64,000 nucleotides of DNA. It comes from Patescibacteria group bacterium (GTDB taxonomy: Bacteria > Patescibacteriota > Patescibacteriia > CAIXNZ01). Below the pieces are notes generated by a model. It did no database searches. It was not told the DNA's origin and saw nothing but the letters and a program-made list of their open reading frames with translations. Shown here piece by piece: positions 10,080 through 20,240 of the stretch (position 1 is the stretch's first letter; every line of letters starts with the position of its first letter). The stretch lies in assembly GCA_041651155.1 (NCBI GenBank), contig JBAZJU010000007.1:15693-79692 (forward strand). The letters are read 5' to 3'. The position numbers and the translations under genes are program-made.

Positions 10080-11015
10080 TTATTTTTTGCCTATAACTTT
10101 AACCATCGGCCAGAATAATTTTGAATTACTTGCCAGCCGAATGCACGTGCGCCTTAAACATTTAGGAATAAAATCAAACACTAGATTAACTTGGAATTTT
10201 TCAACCACTACTTTTTTAAACCCCGCGTCTCTATGGATGTTTTTTAGGGTTGAACCCAGAAACGACATTTCATAGCCAAAAACCATGTGTCTTCCCTTTA
10301 GTAGCTTTATATGAATAAATTCTGCTATCTGCTTTAGGACAGGAAGGTTGGGGATATTACCCCAAATTTGCCTATAAGTTAAAGATCCCAGATTTAAATA
10401 AGGGACTGTATTAAAACTTATTCCATTTTTTTTTAACACTCTATGCAATTCATTAATACATATCTGGGTATTTTTAAAATGCTCAATTACCCCTGCTCCA
10501 TAGATTAGGTCAATTACATCTTCTTTAATTGGCAGATTTAAAATATTGCCTTGTATTAATAAATAATTCTTACAACCTTTATCATCCAGCATTTTTTTGG
10601 CAATTTTTAGCGCGGACGGGCAAAAATCAATGCCGATTATCAGCCTGCATTTATTCGCAATTTCTTGGCCAAAAAACATAGGGCCGCATCCAATTTCTAA
10701 ATAGACTAAATCACTATCTATTTTTTTGTATTCATCTAGCTGTTGATACACGTCTGTGTTATATCTTTCTTTATAATCTTCTTCGGCCTTTATATATATT
10801 TTCCCCGTTAACTGCCTGCTATAAGATTCATCCCATTTTTTTATTGATAATTCTAAGTCCGCGGCTGGATCAAGCGCAATTTTTATAATATTGCCTTCAA
10901 TTATTTCGTATTGCTTGTCACATTTTCTGCAAATTAAAAAATTATTTTGATTCAATAAATCTGATTTGCATTTCGGGCAGCAAATATATTCCATTATTTC
11001 TTTTTCATTTTTCAT
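10080..11015 (-). CDS. SAM-dependent methyltransferase with N-terminal Cys4 zinc-ribbon (Trm112-like) domain
   Basis: CCPKCKS...CRKCDK zinc ribbon at the N-terminus; motif I LEIGCGPMFFG; 311 aa. Confidence 0.6.
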   Translation of the reverse strand: MKNEKEIMEYICCPKCKSDLLNQNNFLICRKCDKQYEIIEGNIIKIALDPAADLELSIKKWDESYSRQLTGKIYIKAEEDYKERYNTDVYQQLDEYKKIDSDLVYLEIGCGPMFFGQEIANKCRLIIGIDFCPSALKIAKKMLDDKGCKNYLLIQGNILNLPIKEDVIDLIYGAGVIEHFKNTQICINELHRVLKKNGISFNTVPYLNLGSLTYRQIWGNIPNLPVLKQIAEFIHIKLLKGRHMVFGYEMSFLGSTLKNIHRDAGFKKVVVEKFQVNLVFDFIPKCLRRTCIRLASNSKLFWPMVKVIGKK

Positions 11016-12462
11016 TTTTTGTGCAGATTATAATATTAAAAGCATTAAAAGTATTTAATAAGGGAATTTGATTTAATAATCTATTTAATTTTTCGAAAAA
11101 CATTGAATAATTATATAAAGACGTCGGCAAGAAAGCATATTTTTCTGCCTCGTCAATTTTGAAGCCATTATTTAATATAATTTTATTTAAATTAAATATA
11201 TTGCTGCGCCAATACTCAAAATTTAAATGGCTTCTAGTTTGCCCCAGGCGTATTAAAAATGGTATAAACATTAAATTAAGGGGGTTAAATTCAAAAATAA
11301 TTAATTTTCCATCATGTTTTAAGGCTTTTTTTATATTTTGCAATATCAAATTTTTATCTTTTGTATGATGGAGCATGTTAACAACTAAAACATAGTCAAA
11401 GTAATTAGAATATAGAAAATTCGTAAAATCACCGACAATTCCCACGAAATTATTTATACCCTCGCGTTTGGAAATATGATTGGCTGTTTCTATAGATTTT
11501 TCTGATATATCATAACCAACGACTTCTTTCGCCTTTTTTGCTAATTCCATTGAATATCTGCCAGTGCCGCAACCAAGATCTAAAACTGATTTATCGTCTA
11601 ATTTATCGCCCATTTTACCCAAAATTTTCGCATACTCAAATTCCGAGGATTTGTTTTTTTTAGCAACAACGTTTTTTCTTAAATTGGAAAATTTATCAAA
11701 TTCTTTGCTTTGGAATTTTGAAAACTTATCATACTTAATTTCATTTAAAACAAATAATGAGTTCAGTTTGTTATCATATATCTTTTTATAACCAAGCTCA
11801 ATTAGAAATTTTTCATGATTATCTTCCTTTTTGTTATCAGAATTATTAATGTCGTGCGAGACCGATTCGATGCAAATAACTTTGGGTTTAAATTTTAACC
11901 AATCATTGCTTTGCAAAACCTGCATATCAAATCCTTCGGTATCAATACTAAAAAAATCAATATCTTGATTATTGCAATATTTTGCTAAAATATCACGCAA
12001 TTTTATCGTTTCAATTTCCATTTTATCAACTAATTTATAGCCCTGGGAAATATATCTATCGGCTTCTTTCATGGAAAAAGTAGATAATGTATCCGGCATA
12101 AACTTATAAAAAGTTGCTTTGTGATTTTCTACTCCTATGCCTATGTTTAAATTTATATCACGAGCTCTTTCACACTTGAATTTATTATAATTATTAAAAT
12201 CCGGTTCGATATTTATACCATGCCAGCCTTTTTTATAGAATCTCTTTGTATTGCTAAATCTGTTGGGATCGTTCGCCCCAATATCAACATAAAAACCGCT
12301 TCTCTTATTGCCAAGAAAACGATCAATTGCCAAATCTTCTCCTTTTTGGCTGTATGAGTTTCTTATTATTCGCATAAAAATTTTATTTTTTACTTCATAA
12401 AGGCAATAAATAAAAAACTTTTTTACGCCATACATTTTAAATTTGTCCTTCAAATGCTTCAT
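11005..12462 (-). CDS. Bifunctional methyltransferase: FkbM-family domain plus class I SAM methyltransferase domain
   Basis: N-terminal FYVDIGANDPNRFSNT...GINIEPD (FkbM family signature). The C-terminal half carries VLDLGCGTGRYS...VVGYDIS (Methyltransf_11/25-like motif I). Confidence 0.6.
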   Translation of the reverse strand: MKHLKDKFKMYGVKKFFIYCLYEVKNKIFMRIIRNSYSQKGEDLAIDRFLGNKRSGFYVDIGANDPNRFSNTKRFYKKGWHGINIEPDFNNYNKFKCERARDINLNIGIGVENHKATFYKFMPDTLSTFSMKEADRYISQGYKLVDKMEIETIKLRDILAKYCNNQDIDFFSIDTEGFDMQVLQSNDWLKFKPKVICIESVSHDINNSDNKKEDNHEKFLIELGYKKIYDNKLNSLFVLNEIKYDKFSKFQSKEFDKFSNLRKNVVAKKNKSSEFEYAKILGKMGDKLDDKSVLDLGCGTGRYSMELAKKAKEVVGYDISEKSIETANHISKREGINNFVGIVGDFTNFLYSNYFDYVLVVNMLHHTKDKNLILQNIKKALKHDGKLIIFEFNPLNLMFIPFLIRLGQTRSHLNFEYWRSNIFNLNKIILNNGFKIDEAEKYAFLPTSLYNYSMFFEKLNRLLNQIPLLNTFNAFNIIICTKNEK

Positions 12463-13622
12463 AATATCTTGCTCAGGTTTTTATAAAAAATTAAATTCCA
12501 ATCAAACTGTTTGGCATAATTTAAGGCGTTTTTGCGAAATTGTTTAAGTAATTCTTCATTTTTCATTAGGTTAATAACAGCTCGAGTAATATTTTCCTTA
12601 TCATCATCTATAATTAAACCGCATTTTTTATTTAAAATTTCTTTTGAATTATGGGGCACATCAGTAAGCAAAATCGGTACGCCACAACCCAAATAAACTT
12701 TAATTTTGCTCGGATCGGCGAAATAGGTGAAAGTTAAATTGTTATTTTGATCGTATTTTTCGTATAAAGCAACCGCTAAAGCAGATTTGGCAAGCTTATT
12801 TTCTATATTCGCATGATCTTTTAAGTAGCCGGTAAATTCCAGACATTCATTTATTTTAAAATCCTGAGCCATCTTTTTTAAATATTCCGCATAATTACCA
12901 TCGCCTATGATTAAAAATTTAAAATCAGGTATTTCTTTTAAGATGCCGGGGATTGCCCTTAAGACATATTGGATGCCTTGTTTTTTAATCAGATGCCCCA
13001 TGAAGACAAGGGTATGTTTATTGATCTCATTAAAATTATATTTTTTTATTCTTTTAAACCAAATGCCGATAGGCACGATTTTTTGTTTTTTATCGGCAAA
13101 ACCAAAATATTCCAGGCGAGCTTGCTCCATCCGCGGAGATAAATTCCAGGTTTCATCGCAATGCCTGACGCAAAATTGATCTACCCAATGATAAATTTTA
13201 TTTAAAATTTTGCTTTTAAATCTTTTCGGATTATAATCAATAACATAATAAATTACCTTATTCGTTCTTTTTACATATTTTAATAAAAGGCCGCTGAAAG
13301 CGTTTAGATTATTACTGCCGATATAAATATCCCACTTTGTTTTTTGCTTGAAAGACCAGTAAAAATTTAAAATTATGCTTTTAAGATAACTCCACGGTTC
13401 CCAAAGTTTTTTGATTTTCTTATATGTCTCTGTAATTTTTTTGCCCTGTTTATATATTTCGTAACCAGAGCCGTTAAGTTTAATGTCATAAAATAACGGA
13501 TGGCCGACAAATAATAATTTATTGATTTTATTTAACAATAAAAATTCTTTCAGGTCCTGGGCAGGGCCGGTCGCAAAGACATGGGTTGCGATGATAATGT
13601 TTTTATTTTCTAATTTGTTCAT
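12459..13622 (-). CDS. Glycosyltransferase family 4 (GT-B fold)
   Basis: C-terminal domain FMGHL...KGIQYVL...FKFLIIGDGNYAEYL...FTGYL typical of GT4 retaining transferases. Confidence 0.6.
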   Translation of the reverse strand: MNKLENKNIIIATHVFATGPAQDLKEFLLLNKINKLLFVGHPLFYDIKLNGSGYEIYKQGKKITETYKKIKKLWEPWSYLKSIILNFYWSFKQKTKWDIYIGSNNLNAFSGLLLKYVKRTNKVIYYVIDYNPKRFKSKILNKIYHWVDQFCVRHCDETWNLSPRMEQARLEYFGFADKKQKIVPIGIWFKRIKKYNFNEINKHTLVFMGHLIKKQGIQYVLRAIPGILKEIPDFKFLIIGDGNYAEYLKKMAQDFKINECLEFTGYLKDHANIENKLAKSALAVALYEKYDQNNNLTFTYFADPSKIKVYLGCGVPILLTDVPHNSKEILNKKCGLIIDDDKENITRAVINLMKNEELLKQFRKNALNYAKQFDWNLIFYKNLSKIL

Positions 13623-14544
13623 AATTTTTTATAAACCATTGATAGGTCTTTTTAAGGCCTTCGTCTAAAGGAGTTGGGGCTTGCCAACCCAAAGCACTTA
13701 ATTTGCCGACATCAAGCAGCTTTCTCGGGGTGCCATCCGGCTTGTTTGTATCCCATAAAATTTTCCCCTTGTAATCAACGATGTCCTTTATTTTGTAAGC
13801 AAGCTCTTTTATTTTCAGATCAATCCCTGTGCCAATATTGATTATTTCTGAATCGTTATAATTATTCATTAAATAGAGGCAGGCATCGGCGAGGTCGTCA
13901 ACATATAAAAATTCTCGATAAACTTCGCCAGAACCCCATAAGATTATTTCTTCTTTTTTTTCTATTTTAGCTTCATGAAATTTTCTGATTAAAGCGGGTA
14001 AGACATGAGAGTTTTCTAAATCAAAATTATCATTTGGCCCATAGAGATTAGTAGGCATAATTGAAATAAAATTAGTATTATATTGTTCATTAAAACTTTG
14101 ACACATTTTAATGCCGGCAATTTTGGCAATAGCGTAAGCATCATTTGTGTCTTCAAGTTTGTCTGAAAGTAGATATTCTTCTTTGATAGGTTGAGGACAA
14201 TTTCTGGGATAGATGCACGAGCTGCCTAGAAATAAAAGTTTATTAGTCCCAAATTTCCAGGCGTAATAAATTACATTGTTTTGGATTTGCAAATTTTCTA
14301 AGATAAAATCAGCCTTGTTGAGTTTATTGCTCATGATGCCGCCAACTTTAGCTGCGGCTAAAAAAACAAATTCGGGTTTTTCTGACCGGAAAAAGTCTGA
14401 GACAGAATTTTGATTTAGCAAATCCAATTCTTGTCTGGTTTTTAAAATTAAATTATTATAGCCATCAGCTTGGAGCCTTCTTAAAATAGCAGAGCCAACC
14501 AAGCCGCGATGGCCAGCGATTAAAATCTTTGAATCACTATTCAT
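13603..14544 (-). CDS. fcl: GDP-L-fucose synthase (GDP-4-keto-6-deoxy-D-mannose 3,5-epimerase/4-reductase)
   Basis: ILIAGHRGLVGSAILRRL N-terminus, a YxxxK catalytic region (YAIAK) and overall colinearity with Fcl/WcaG; immediately downstream of gmd. Confidence 0.85.
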   Translation of the reverse strand: MNSDSKILIAGHRGLVGSAILRRLQADGYNNLILKTRQELDLLNQNSVSDFFRSEKPEFVFLAAAKVGGIMSNKLNKADFILENLQIQNNVIYYAWKFGTNKLLFLGSSCIYPRNCPQPIKEEYLLSDKLEDTNDAYAIAKIAGIKMCQSFNEQYNTNFISIMPTNLYGPNDNFDLENSHVLPALIRKFHEAKIEKKEEIILWGSGEVYREFLYVDDLADACLYLMNNYNDSEIINIGTGIDLKIKELAYKIKDIVDYKGKILWDTNKPDGTPRKLLDVGKLSALGWQAPTPLDEGLKKTYQWFIKNYEQIRK

Positions 14545-14545
14545 A

Positions 14546-15583
14546 TTATTTATTTTTTTGGTGGGTTTTAAAATCTGCTTCTACCATTATTTTGATTAAT
14601 TCATGAAATTTGGTTTTTGGCTCCCAGCTTAAAATTCTTTTTGCTTTGCTAGCGTCGCCGATTAAAAAATCAACCTCTGCTGGTCTAAAATATTTTGGAT
14701 CAATTTCAACGATCACTTGTCCGCTTTTTTTATCAATCCCTTTTTCATTTAAGCCTTCCCCCTCCCAGGCGAGATTAAAATCCAAGAGTTGAGCGGTTAA
14801 TTCAACAAATTCCCTGACCGAATGAGTTTCACCTGTAGCTAAGATATAATCATCGGGGTTTTCCTGTTGCAGCATTAAATACATTCCCTCAACGAAATCT
14901 TTGGCATAGCCCCAGTCGCGCTTGGCTTCTAAATTGCCCAGATAAATTTTTTCCTCCAGACCCAATTTAATGCGGGTCAAGCCCCTGGTTATTTTACGGG
15001 TGACAAAAGTTTCACCGCGGCGCGGCGATTCATGATTAAAGAGGATGCCATTGCAGGCAAAAAGGTTATAACTTTCCCGGTAATTTTTAGTGATCCAATA
15101 AGCAAAAATTTTAGCGCAGCCGTAAGGACTTCGGGGATAAAACGGCGTCGTTTCCTTTTGCGGAATTTCCAAGACCTTGCCAAACATTTCAGAAGACGAA
15201 GCCTGATAAAATTTTGTTTTAAAGCCAGTTTCTTTGATAGCATCTAAAATTCTTAAAGTGCCTAGCCCAGTCACATCCGCTGTATATTCGGGGATATCAA
15301 AACTGATCCTGACATGACTTTGCGCACCCAGATGGTAAATTTCATCTGGCTTTATTTTTTCTATTAAGCGGGAGATATTGCTGCTGTCAGTTAAATCTCC
15401 GTAATGCAGAGTAAGCCGCACGTTGTCTAAATGGGGGTCTTGGTATAAATGCTCTATCCGATTGGTATTAAAATTGCTGGAACGCCTGATGATTCCATGC
15501 ACCTCATAACCTTTTTCTAAAAGCAATTCAGCCAGATAACTGCCATCTTGGCCGGTAATCCCGGTAATTAAAGCTTTTTTCAT
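14546..15583 (-). CDS. gmd: GDP-mannose 4,6-dehydratase
   Basis: [35 protein letters not shown]...HYGDLTD...HLGAQSHV, a classic Gmd signature. The start is placed at the internal MKKALITG because the longer ORF would overlap the upstream GT2. Confidence 0.9.
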   Translation of the reverse strand: MKKALITGITGQDGSYLAELLLEKGYEVHGIIRRSSNFNTNRIEHLYQDPHLDNVRLTLHYGDLTDSSNISRLIEKIKPDEIYHLGAQSHVRISFDIPEYTADVTGLGTLRILDAIKETGFKTKFYQASSSEMFGKVLEIPQKETTPFYPRSPYGCAKIFAYWITKNYRESYNLFACNGILFNHESPRRGETFVTRKITRGLTRIKLGLEEKIYLGNLEAKRDWGYAKDFVEGMYLMLQQENPDDYILATGETHSVREFVELTAQLLDFNLAWEGEGLNEKGIDKKSGQVIVEIDPKYFRPAEVDFLIGDASKAKRILSWEPKTKFHELIKIMVEADFKTHQKNK

Positions 15584-15605
15584 AATTCCTAAAAATAATT
15601 TATAT

Positions 15606-16643
15606 TTATTGTTTCCAATTATTACGATTAAATTCACCCTGATTAAATATCCCGACAAATTTTCCCCAGCTATAGATAATTAGAGTTGCCCAACAGGCAG
15701 GGATATGGAAAAACCAGGCCCAATCCCTTTTTTTATAAAAACCTTTAAGCGCCTGAAATAAAAGCGGGAAAGTTAATATGGTATAAATAATAAATTTATA
15801 TAAACCTAAGGAAGAACGGCCGCTGATTTCAAATTGATCCCAATCAAAAGTTCTGGATTTATTTTTTTTATGATAAATATAATCTTTAATCCGCCTTTTT
15901 TGCTTTCTAATGAATTTTTTGAAATCATTTTCGCAAAAAGTATGAATAATGCCCGTTTTAACCTTGGCGATAAAAATGTGTCCATTAATTTTAAATTCAT
16001 TGGCGATTACATCAATGTCAAATAAATAGTTGGAGTTATTAAAATTTTGTAAAAATTCCCGGCGAAAAATCGTGCCATTAGCACCGACCGTGGGTAAGCC
16101 ATTAGCTGTCAATTTTATTTTTAAATAATTACCAATATCAGCTTCTTTATGCTTAACTTCTGTCCATTTTTGCGTTAAGAAATTCCAGCGGTCATAATTA
16201 CCCAAAAATAAACAAAGAGGATCATTCATGCCGATTAGCGCGCAATAACGTTCAATACACCCGCCTTCTTTTCGCCAAGTATATAAAATCGGCTCAGCCA
16301 GTTTTATCTGCGCATCTTCAAATGGTTCCACCATTTTACTTAACCAATTTCTATCAGGCAAATAATTATCGGAATCAAGAATTAAAATTAAATCATGCTT
16401 GGCAAATTTAATTGCCACGGCCTTGCCAGACTCGCCAGTCTTTAAAGGGTTATCATATATTTGACCATCATAATTTTTTATTATTTCCCTGGTTTTGTCA
16501 GCAGAATTGCCATCGCCGACTATTAATTCAATCTTTTCCATTGGATAATTCTGCTTAAATAATCTTTCTAAGCATTCCTGCAAAGGTATTTCAGCATTTA
16601 AAGTTGCCATGCAAACGCTAATTGTCGGTAAATAATTTTCCAT
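15606..16643 (-). CDS. Glycosyltransferase family 2
   Basis: [18 protein letters not shown]...[14 protein letters not shown]...ILDSDN (DXD). Confidence 0.7.
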   Translation of the reverse strand: MENYLPTISVCMATLNAEIPLQECLERLFKQNYPMEKIELIVGDGNSADKTREIIKNYDGQIYDNPLKTGESGKAVAIKFAKHDLILILDSDNYLPDRNWLSKMVEPFEDAQIKLAEPILYTWRKEGGCIERYCALIGMNDPLCLFLGNYDRWNFLTQKWTEVKHKEADIGNYLKIKLTANGLPTVGANGTIFRREFLQNFNNSNYLFDIDVIANEFKINGHIFIAKVKTGIIHTFCENDFKKFIRKQKRRIKDYIYHKKNKSRTFDWDQFEISGRSSLGLYKFIIYTILTFPLLFQALKGFYKKRDWAWFFHIPACWATLIIYSWGKFVGIFNQGEFNRNNWKQ

Positions 16644-16649
16644 GTTATA

Positions 16650-18155
16650 TTATTTAAAATCGTTTAAGTGCGCTAAAACTTTAATCCCCGCGTTATAAAG
16701 AAATTTTAATTGAGCCAGAGAACGGATACTTGCAATTTTTTTAATTATAAATATTGGCGATAAAAATGATTTATACAAATCCTGAGTCATTTTTTTAACT
16801 TCTTCAGAAGTTAAACCTGACTTCATTACCTGCTCCCTTTGATCAAAGCGTTCATAATCAGTAAAATTCAAGAGATTGTTTTTTAAACAATAATCATAAA
16901 GGGGCGTGCCGGGATAGGGGATGACAATTGTTGCCTGCAAAGTATCAACATAGCTCTTTTTAAATAAATTTTTCGCTAATTCAATGGTTTTTTGCGCGTC
17001 TGCTTTGCTTTCCCATGGATAGCCGACCATAGCCGTAATATGCGGTTCCAAGCCGGCTTGCTTGCATAATTTTAGATTTGTTTCAATTTCATCAACTCTT
17101 AAATTTTTATTAATTCTTTTCAGGGTTTTTTGGTTAGCTGATTCCAAGCCGAAAAGTACCAGGCGAAAACCGGCTTTTTTCATTAATTGCCAGGTTTTTA
17201 AATCAGAGATGGCATTTATTCGCATATTACAATCAATTTTCACTTTTTTATGATAGCCGCGCTCAATCATGCCCTGGCAAAATTCTTCCAGCCAAGATCC
17301 GATCGGCAAAGTGCCGGAATCTTCCATAATTTCTTTGACGCCTAAATCAATTAATAAGCCGACTTCGTCCAAGGCCTTGGCAGCCAAACGGGAGCGGCAG
17401 CTATTTCCGGGAAACATGGTTGTCCAGGAACAAAAAGTACAGCGTCCCCACCAGCAGTCGCGGGCGCTCATCATATAGGAGCCGGGGGTATATTTATAAT
17501 TGCCATTTTTATAAGCATAAAGCTTCCACTTTGTTAAATGGCGATCAATCATTGGCAAGTCGTCCAAAGAATTGTCCCGCAAACTATATAAGCCGCTGTT
17601 TTTTATTTCATTGTTTTGGCGAGACCAAAGGCCACCTTTTAATTTTTCCCTGCCTTCAAGATAATTCACTAAATTTAACAGAATAAAATCATAATCTCCG
17701 CCCTGAATAACAAAATTAACTTGAGAATTCAACAGGGATTCTTTAGGCAAGGCTGTCACGTGATCGCCCATGAGAACAATTTTCAATTCCCAATTTTCAA
17801 TTTTCAAACTTAATTCTTTAAGTTCATTAATAATCTGCCAGTGACGTTTAATCACTGGGGTTTTAGTTTCAATAGCGATAAGATCTGGCCTTTCTTCTAT
17901 AATTCTTGTTTGCCATTGTTCATAAGTTAAATTTTCCGCAATCGCGTCATCCCAAAAAACCTCATAGCCATTTTGCTTTAAAAGCGTGGCCGCATAAGCA
18001 GGGACCATGGGATAAATATAAGTCGGGCTGTTAAACCATTGGAACTGGCGATTCTGGGTTAAAAGCGGAGTGCCCTTATCTGATACCAATGGTGGAAATG
18101 ATATGGAGACCTTCATAAATATAGGAGATGATAAATACCAAGATTCAAAAGTCAA
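16650..18155 (-). CDS. B12-binding domain radical SAM protein (class B-like, candidate sugar C-methyltransferase)
   Basis: N-terminal Rossmann-like cobalamin-binding region followed by a Cys triad CWWGRCTFC (a CX4CX2C variant of the radical SAM motif) and TIM-barrel-like sequence. Confidence 0.55.
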   Translation of the reverse strand: MTFESWYLSSPIFMKVSISFPPLVSDKGTPLLTQNRQFQWFNSPTYIYPMVPAYAATLLKQNGYEVFWDDAIAENLTYEQWQTRIIEERPDLIAIETKTPVIKRHWQIINELKELSLKIENWELKIVLMGDHVTALPKESLLNSQVNFVIQGGDYDFILLNLVNYLEGREKLKGGLWSRQNNEIKNSGLYSLRDNSLDDLPMIDRHLTKWKLYAYKNGNYKYTPGSYMMSARDCWWGRCTFCSWTTMFPGNSCRSRLAAKALDEVGLLIDLGVKEIMEDSGTLPIGSWLEEFCQGMIERGYHKKVKIDCNMRINAISDLKTWQLMKKAGFRLVLFGLESANQKTLKRINKNLRVDEIETNLKLCKQAGLEPHITAMVGYPWESKADAQKTIELAKNLFKKSYVDTLQATIVIPYPGTPLYDYCLKNNLLNFTDYERFDQREQVMKSGLTSEEVKKMTQDLYKSFLSPIFIIKKIASIRSLAQLKFLYNAGIKVLAHLNDFK

Positions 18156-18213
18156 AAATAAATTTAAAGCTCAAAATTGAAATATCAAACTTTTATTGTT
18201 TTAAATTTTATTT

Positions 18214-19203
18214 TTATCGTAATTTGCTTTGTAATTCTTTAACAAAAATAAAACCCTGGATAAATTTCAAGCCATAAATTAAATGAGTAAAAAAAATATA
18301 GTACAGTGAATTTAATATAATTAAAATATTTTTTTCATGTTTATAAATTTCCCAAGCGGCAAAAATTAACGCGCTCAAATAAACCAGCCAGCCAAAAAAA
18401 TAAATCTTTATGAACTGACTAAAAAGTAAACTTGCGAATATGCCTAAAGCTACATAGGCCAGAAAAAAACTGGGCAAAAAGTATTTGAGCCTAAATGATG
18501 TCCGGGGAAACTTCTTGGCAAAAAAACCGCGGTGTAAGCCATAATTGCCTATTTGCTTCAAATGCTTAAACAGGCCTTGCCTACGATGATGCCAGACAAT
18601 TAATTCCGGATCATACAAAATTTTGTCTTTAAATTTCTCCACCAAATCTAGGCAAAACTTTGTGTCTTCACCCGGCCAATAAGCGCAGTCAAAGCCGCCA
18701 ACTTTAATAAATGCTTCTTTTCTGACTGATAGATTAACGCTTGGCCAGTCATCAATATATCGCTTTACCCCGACAGAACGATATCTTTCCGGAAAACCAC
18801 CAGCTACTTTGCTCAAAAATATTGAACCTGAAACTTTTTGCCAAAAGTTATCATCAACAGGAGTAATCGCAGGACCGCCAACAGCGACAAGACCAGTTTC
18901 CTTAAAATCAGAATCGAGCTTGGCTAAAAAATCATGATTAGGGTAGGCATCGTCATCAATAAAACATAAAATTTCACCCAAGGCATCTTTTATGGCCTGG
19001 CTTCTTTTTTGCGCAGGCCCGACATTACCGGTTTTTATCTGCCTGGTCTTGGGCCAAAATTCTGAATTAATTTCATCTGGATAAATAATTACTTCATAAT
19101 CATCTCTTTTGATCTCAAGGATTTTTGAGATTGATTCCCTGACATATCCATTTATTTCCTTAACTGGAATGATAAAACTAAATTTTATTTTTTTCGTATC
19201 CAT
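18214..19203 (-). CDS. Glycosyltransferase family 2 with C-terminal membrane anchor
   Basis: FSFIIPVKEINGYV...CFIDDDAYP (DXD), with 2-3 C-terminal TM helices. Confidence 0.65.
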   Translation of the reverse strand: MDTKKIKFSFIIPVKEINGYVRESISKILEIKRDDYEVIIYPDEINSEFWPKTRQIKTGNVGPAQKRSQAIKDALGEILCFIDDDAYPNHDFLAKLDSDFKETGLVAVGGPAITPVDDNFWQKVSGSIFLSKVAGGFPERYRSVGVKRYIDDWPSVNLSVRKEAFIKVGGFDCAYWPGEDTKFCLDLVEKFKDKILYDPELIVWHHRRQGLFKHLKQIGNYGLHRGFFAKKFPRTSFRLKYFLPSFFLAYVALGIFASLLFSQFIKIYFFGWLVYLSALIFAAWEIYKHEKNILIILNSLYYIFFTHLIYGLKFIQGFIFVKELQSKLR

Positions 19204-19292
19204 GAAGTTACAAAATATTTAATTTTCTGCAAACCCTCAAATTATATTTTAACCAATTAGTAGATTGGCAGCAGATTAGTAGATTCGTATCC

Positions 19293-20231
19293 TTAAAAGT
19301 TTTCTCTTTTTCTGATGACATAAATCGGACGATTAATTACTTCGCTGTGAATATGAGCGATATATAAGGCGATTAAGCCCAGACAGCTTAAAATAATACC
19401 CACCAAAAATAAAATAATAACCGCTAAGATTGCCGAACCGGTGAAATTCATTCGCCACGGATCATTAAAAATATATTTTTCCAAAACTATAAAAAGTCCC
19501 ATTATCCCAGAAACCAAAGTAATAAAGATGCCCAAATAACCTGCAATTTTCAAAGGGAACAAGCTTAAAGAAACAATGCTAGACATGGCCAGCTTTACTA
19601 GTTTTAAAGTGCCATAGCCAGGCACGCCATTTATCCGCGGTTGCGCATTAAAATAAACAAAATCTCTTTTAAACCCCAGCCAGGCTATCAGTCCTCTGGT
19701 CAGACGATTTTTTTCTGTAAAACGCCTGAATTCAGAGATTACTGCTTTGTCCAATAAGCGAAAATCAGTAGCACCCGATAAAAGCTCGGTCTCAGAAATT
19801 CTGCTCATTATTTTATAAAAAACAAGAGAGCCATATTTTTTTATAAATTTTTCACTACTATTTGATCTGACTCCCACAACTACTTCTGCGCCATTTTCCC
19901 ACTTAGCAATAAATTCGGGTATTAATTCCAGCGGATGCTGAAAATCCGCATCCAACATAATGGCGCAATCGCCAAAACAATTATGCAGCCCCGCTGTCAA
20001 AGCTATTTCCTTGCCAAAATTGCGGGAAAATTCTATGACCTTCACTTTATTATCCAGAACAGAAATTTTTTTTAATTCGCTCGCGGAACAGTCATTGCTG
20101 CCGTCATTGACAAATAATATCTCATAATTAAAAGGACAGCGTCCTAAAACTTTTTTCAGCCGATCATAGAGCAAGGGAATATTCCTTTCTTCGTTATAAA
20201 CCGGGACAATTAAAGAAATCGTTTTTTGCAT
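19293..20231 (-). CDS. Polyprenyl-phosphate glycosyltransferase (GtrB/ArnC/DPM1-like GT2)
   Basis: ISLIVPVYNEERNIPLLYDRL...YEILFVNDGSNDCS...IMLDADFQHP plus two C-terminal TM helices. This is the architecture of lipid-carrier sugar transferases. Confidence 0.75.
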   Translation of the reverse strand: MQKTISLIVPVYNEERNIPLLYDRLKKVLGRCPFNYEILFVNDGSNDCSASELKKISVLDNKVKVIEFSRNFGKEIALTAGLHNCFGDCAIMLDADFQHPLELIPEFIAKWENGAEVVVGVRSNSSEKFIKKYGSLVFYKIMSRISETELLSGATDFRLLDKAVISEFRRFTEKNRLTRGLIAWLGFKRDFVYFNAQPRINGVPGYGTLKLVKLAMSSIVSLSLFPLKIAGYLGIFITLVSGIMGLFIVLEKYIFNDPWRMNFTGSAILAVIILFLVGIILSCLGLIALYIAHIHSEVINRPIYVIRKRENF

Positions 20232-20240
20232 ATTTTTTGA

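Noticed and set aside
14546-15658. Long form of gmd starting at MSGYLIRV (15658)
   Set aside because: The extra 25 codons overlap the 3' end of the upstream GT2 gene and precede the conserved Rossmann N-terminus [15 protein letters not shown]. The internal Met at 15583 is the more likely start.
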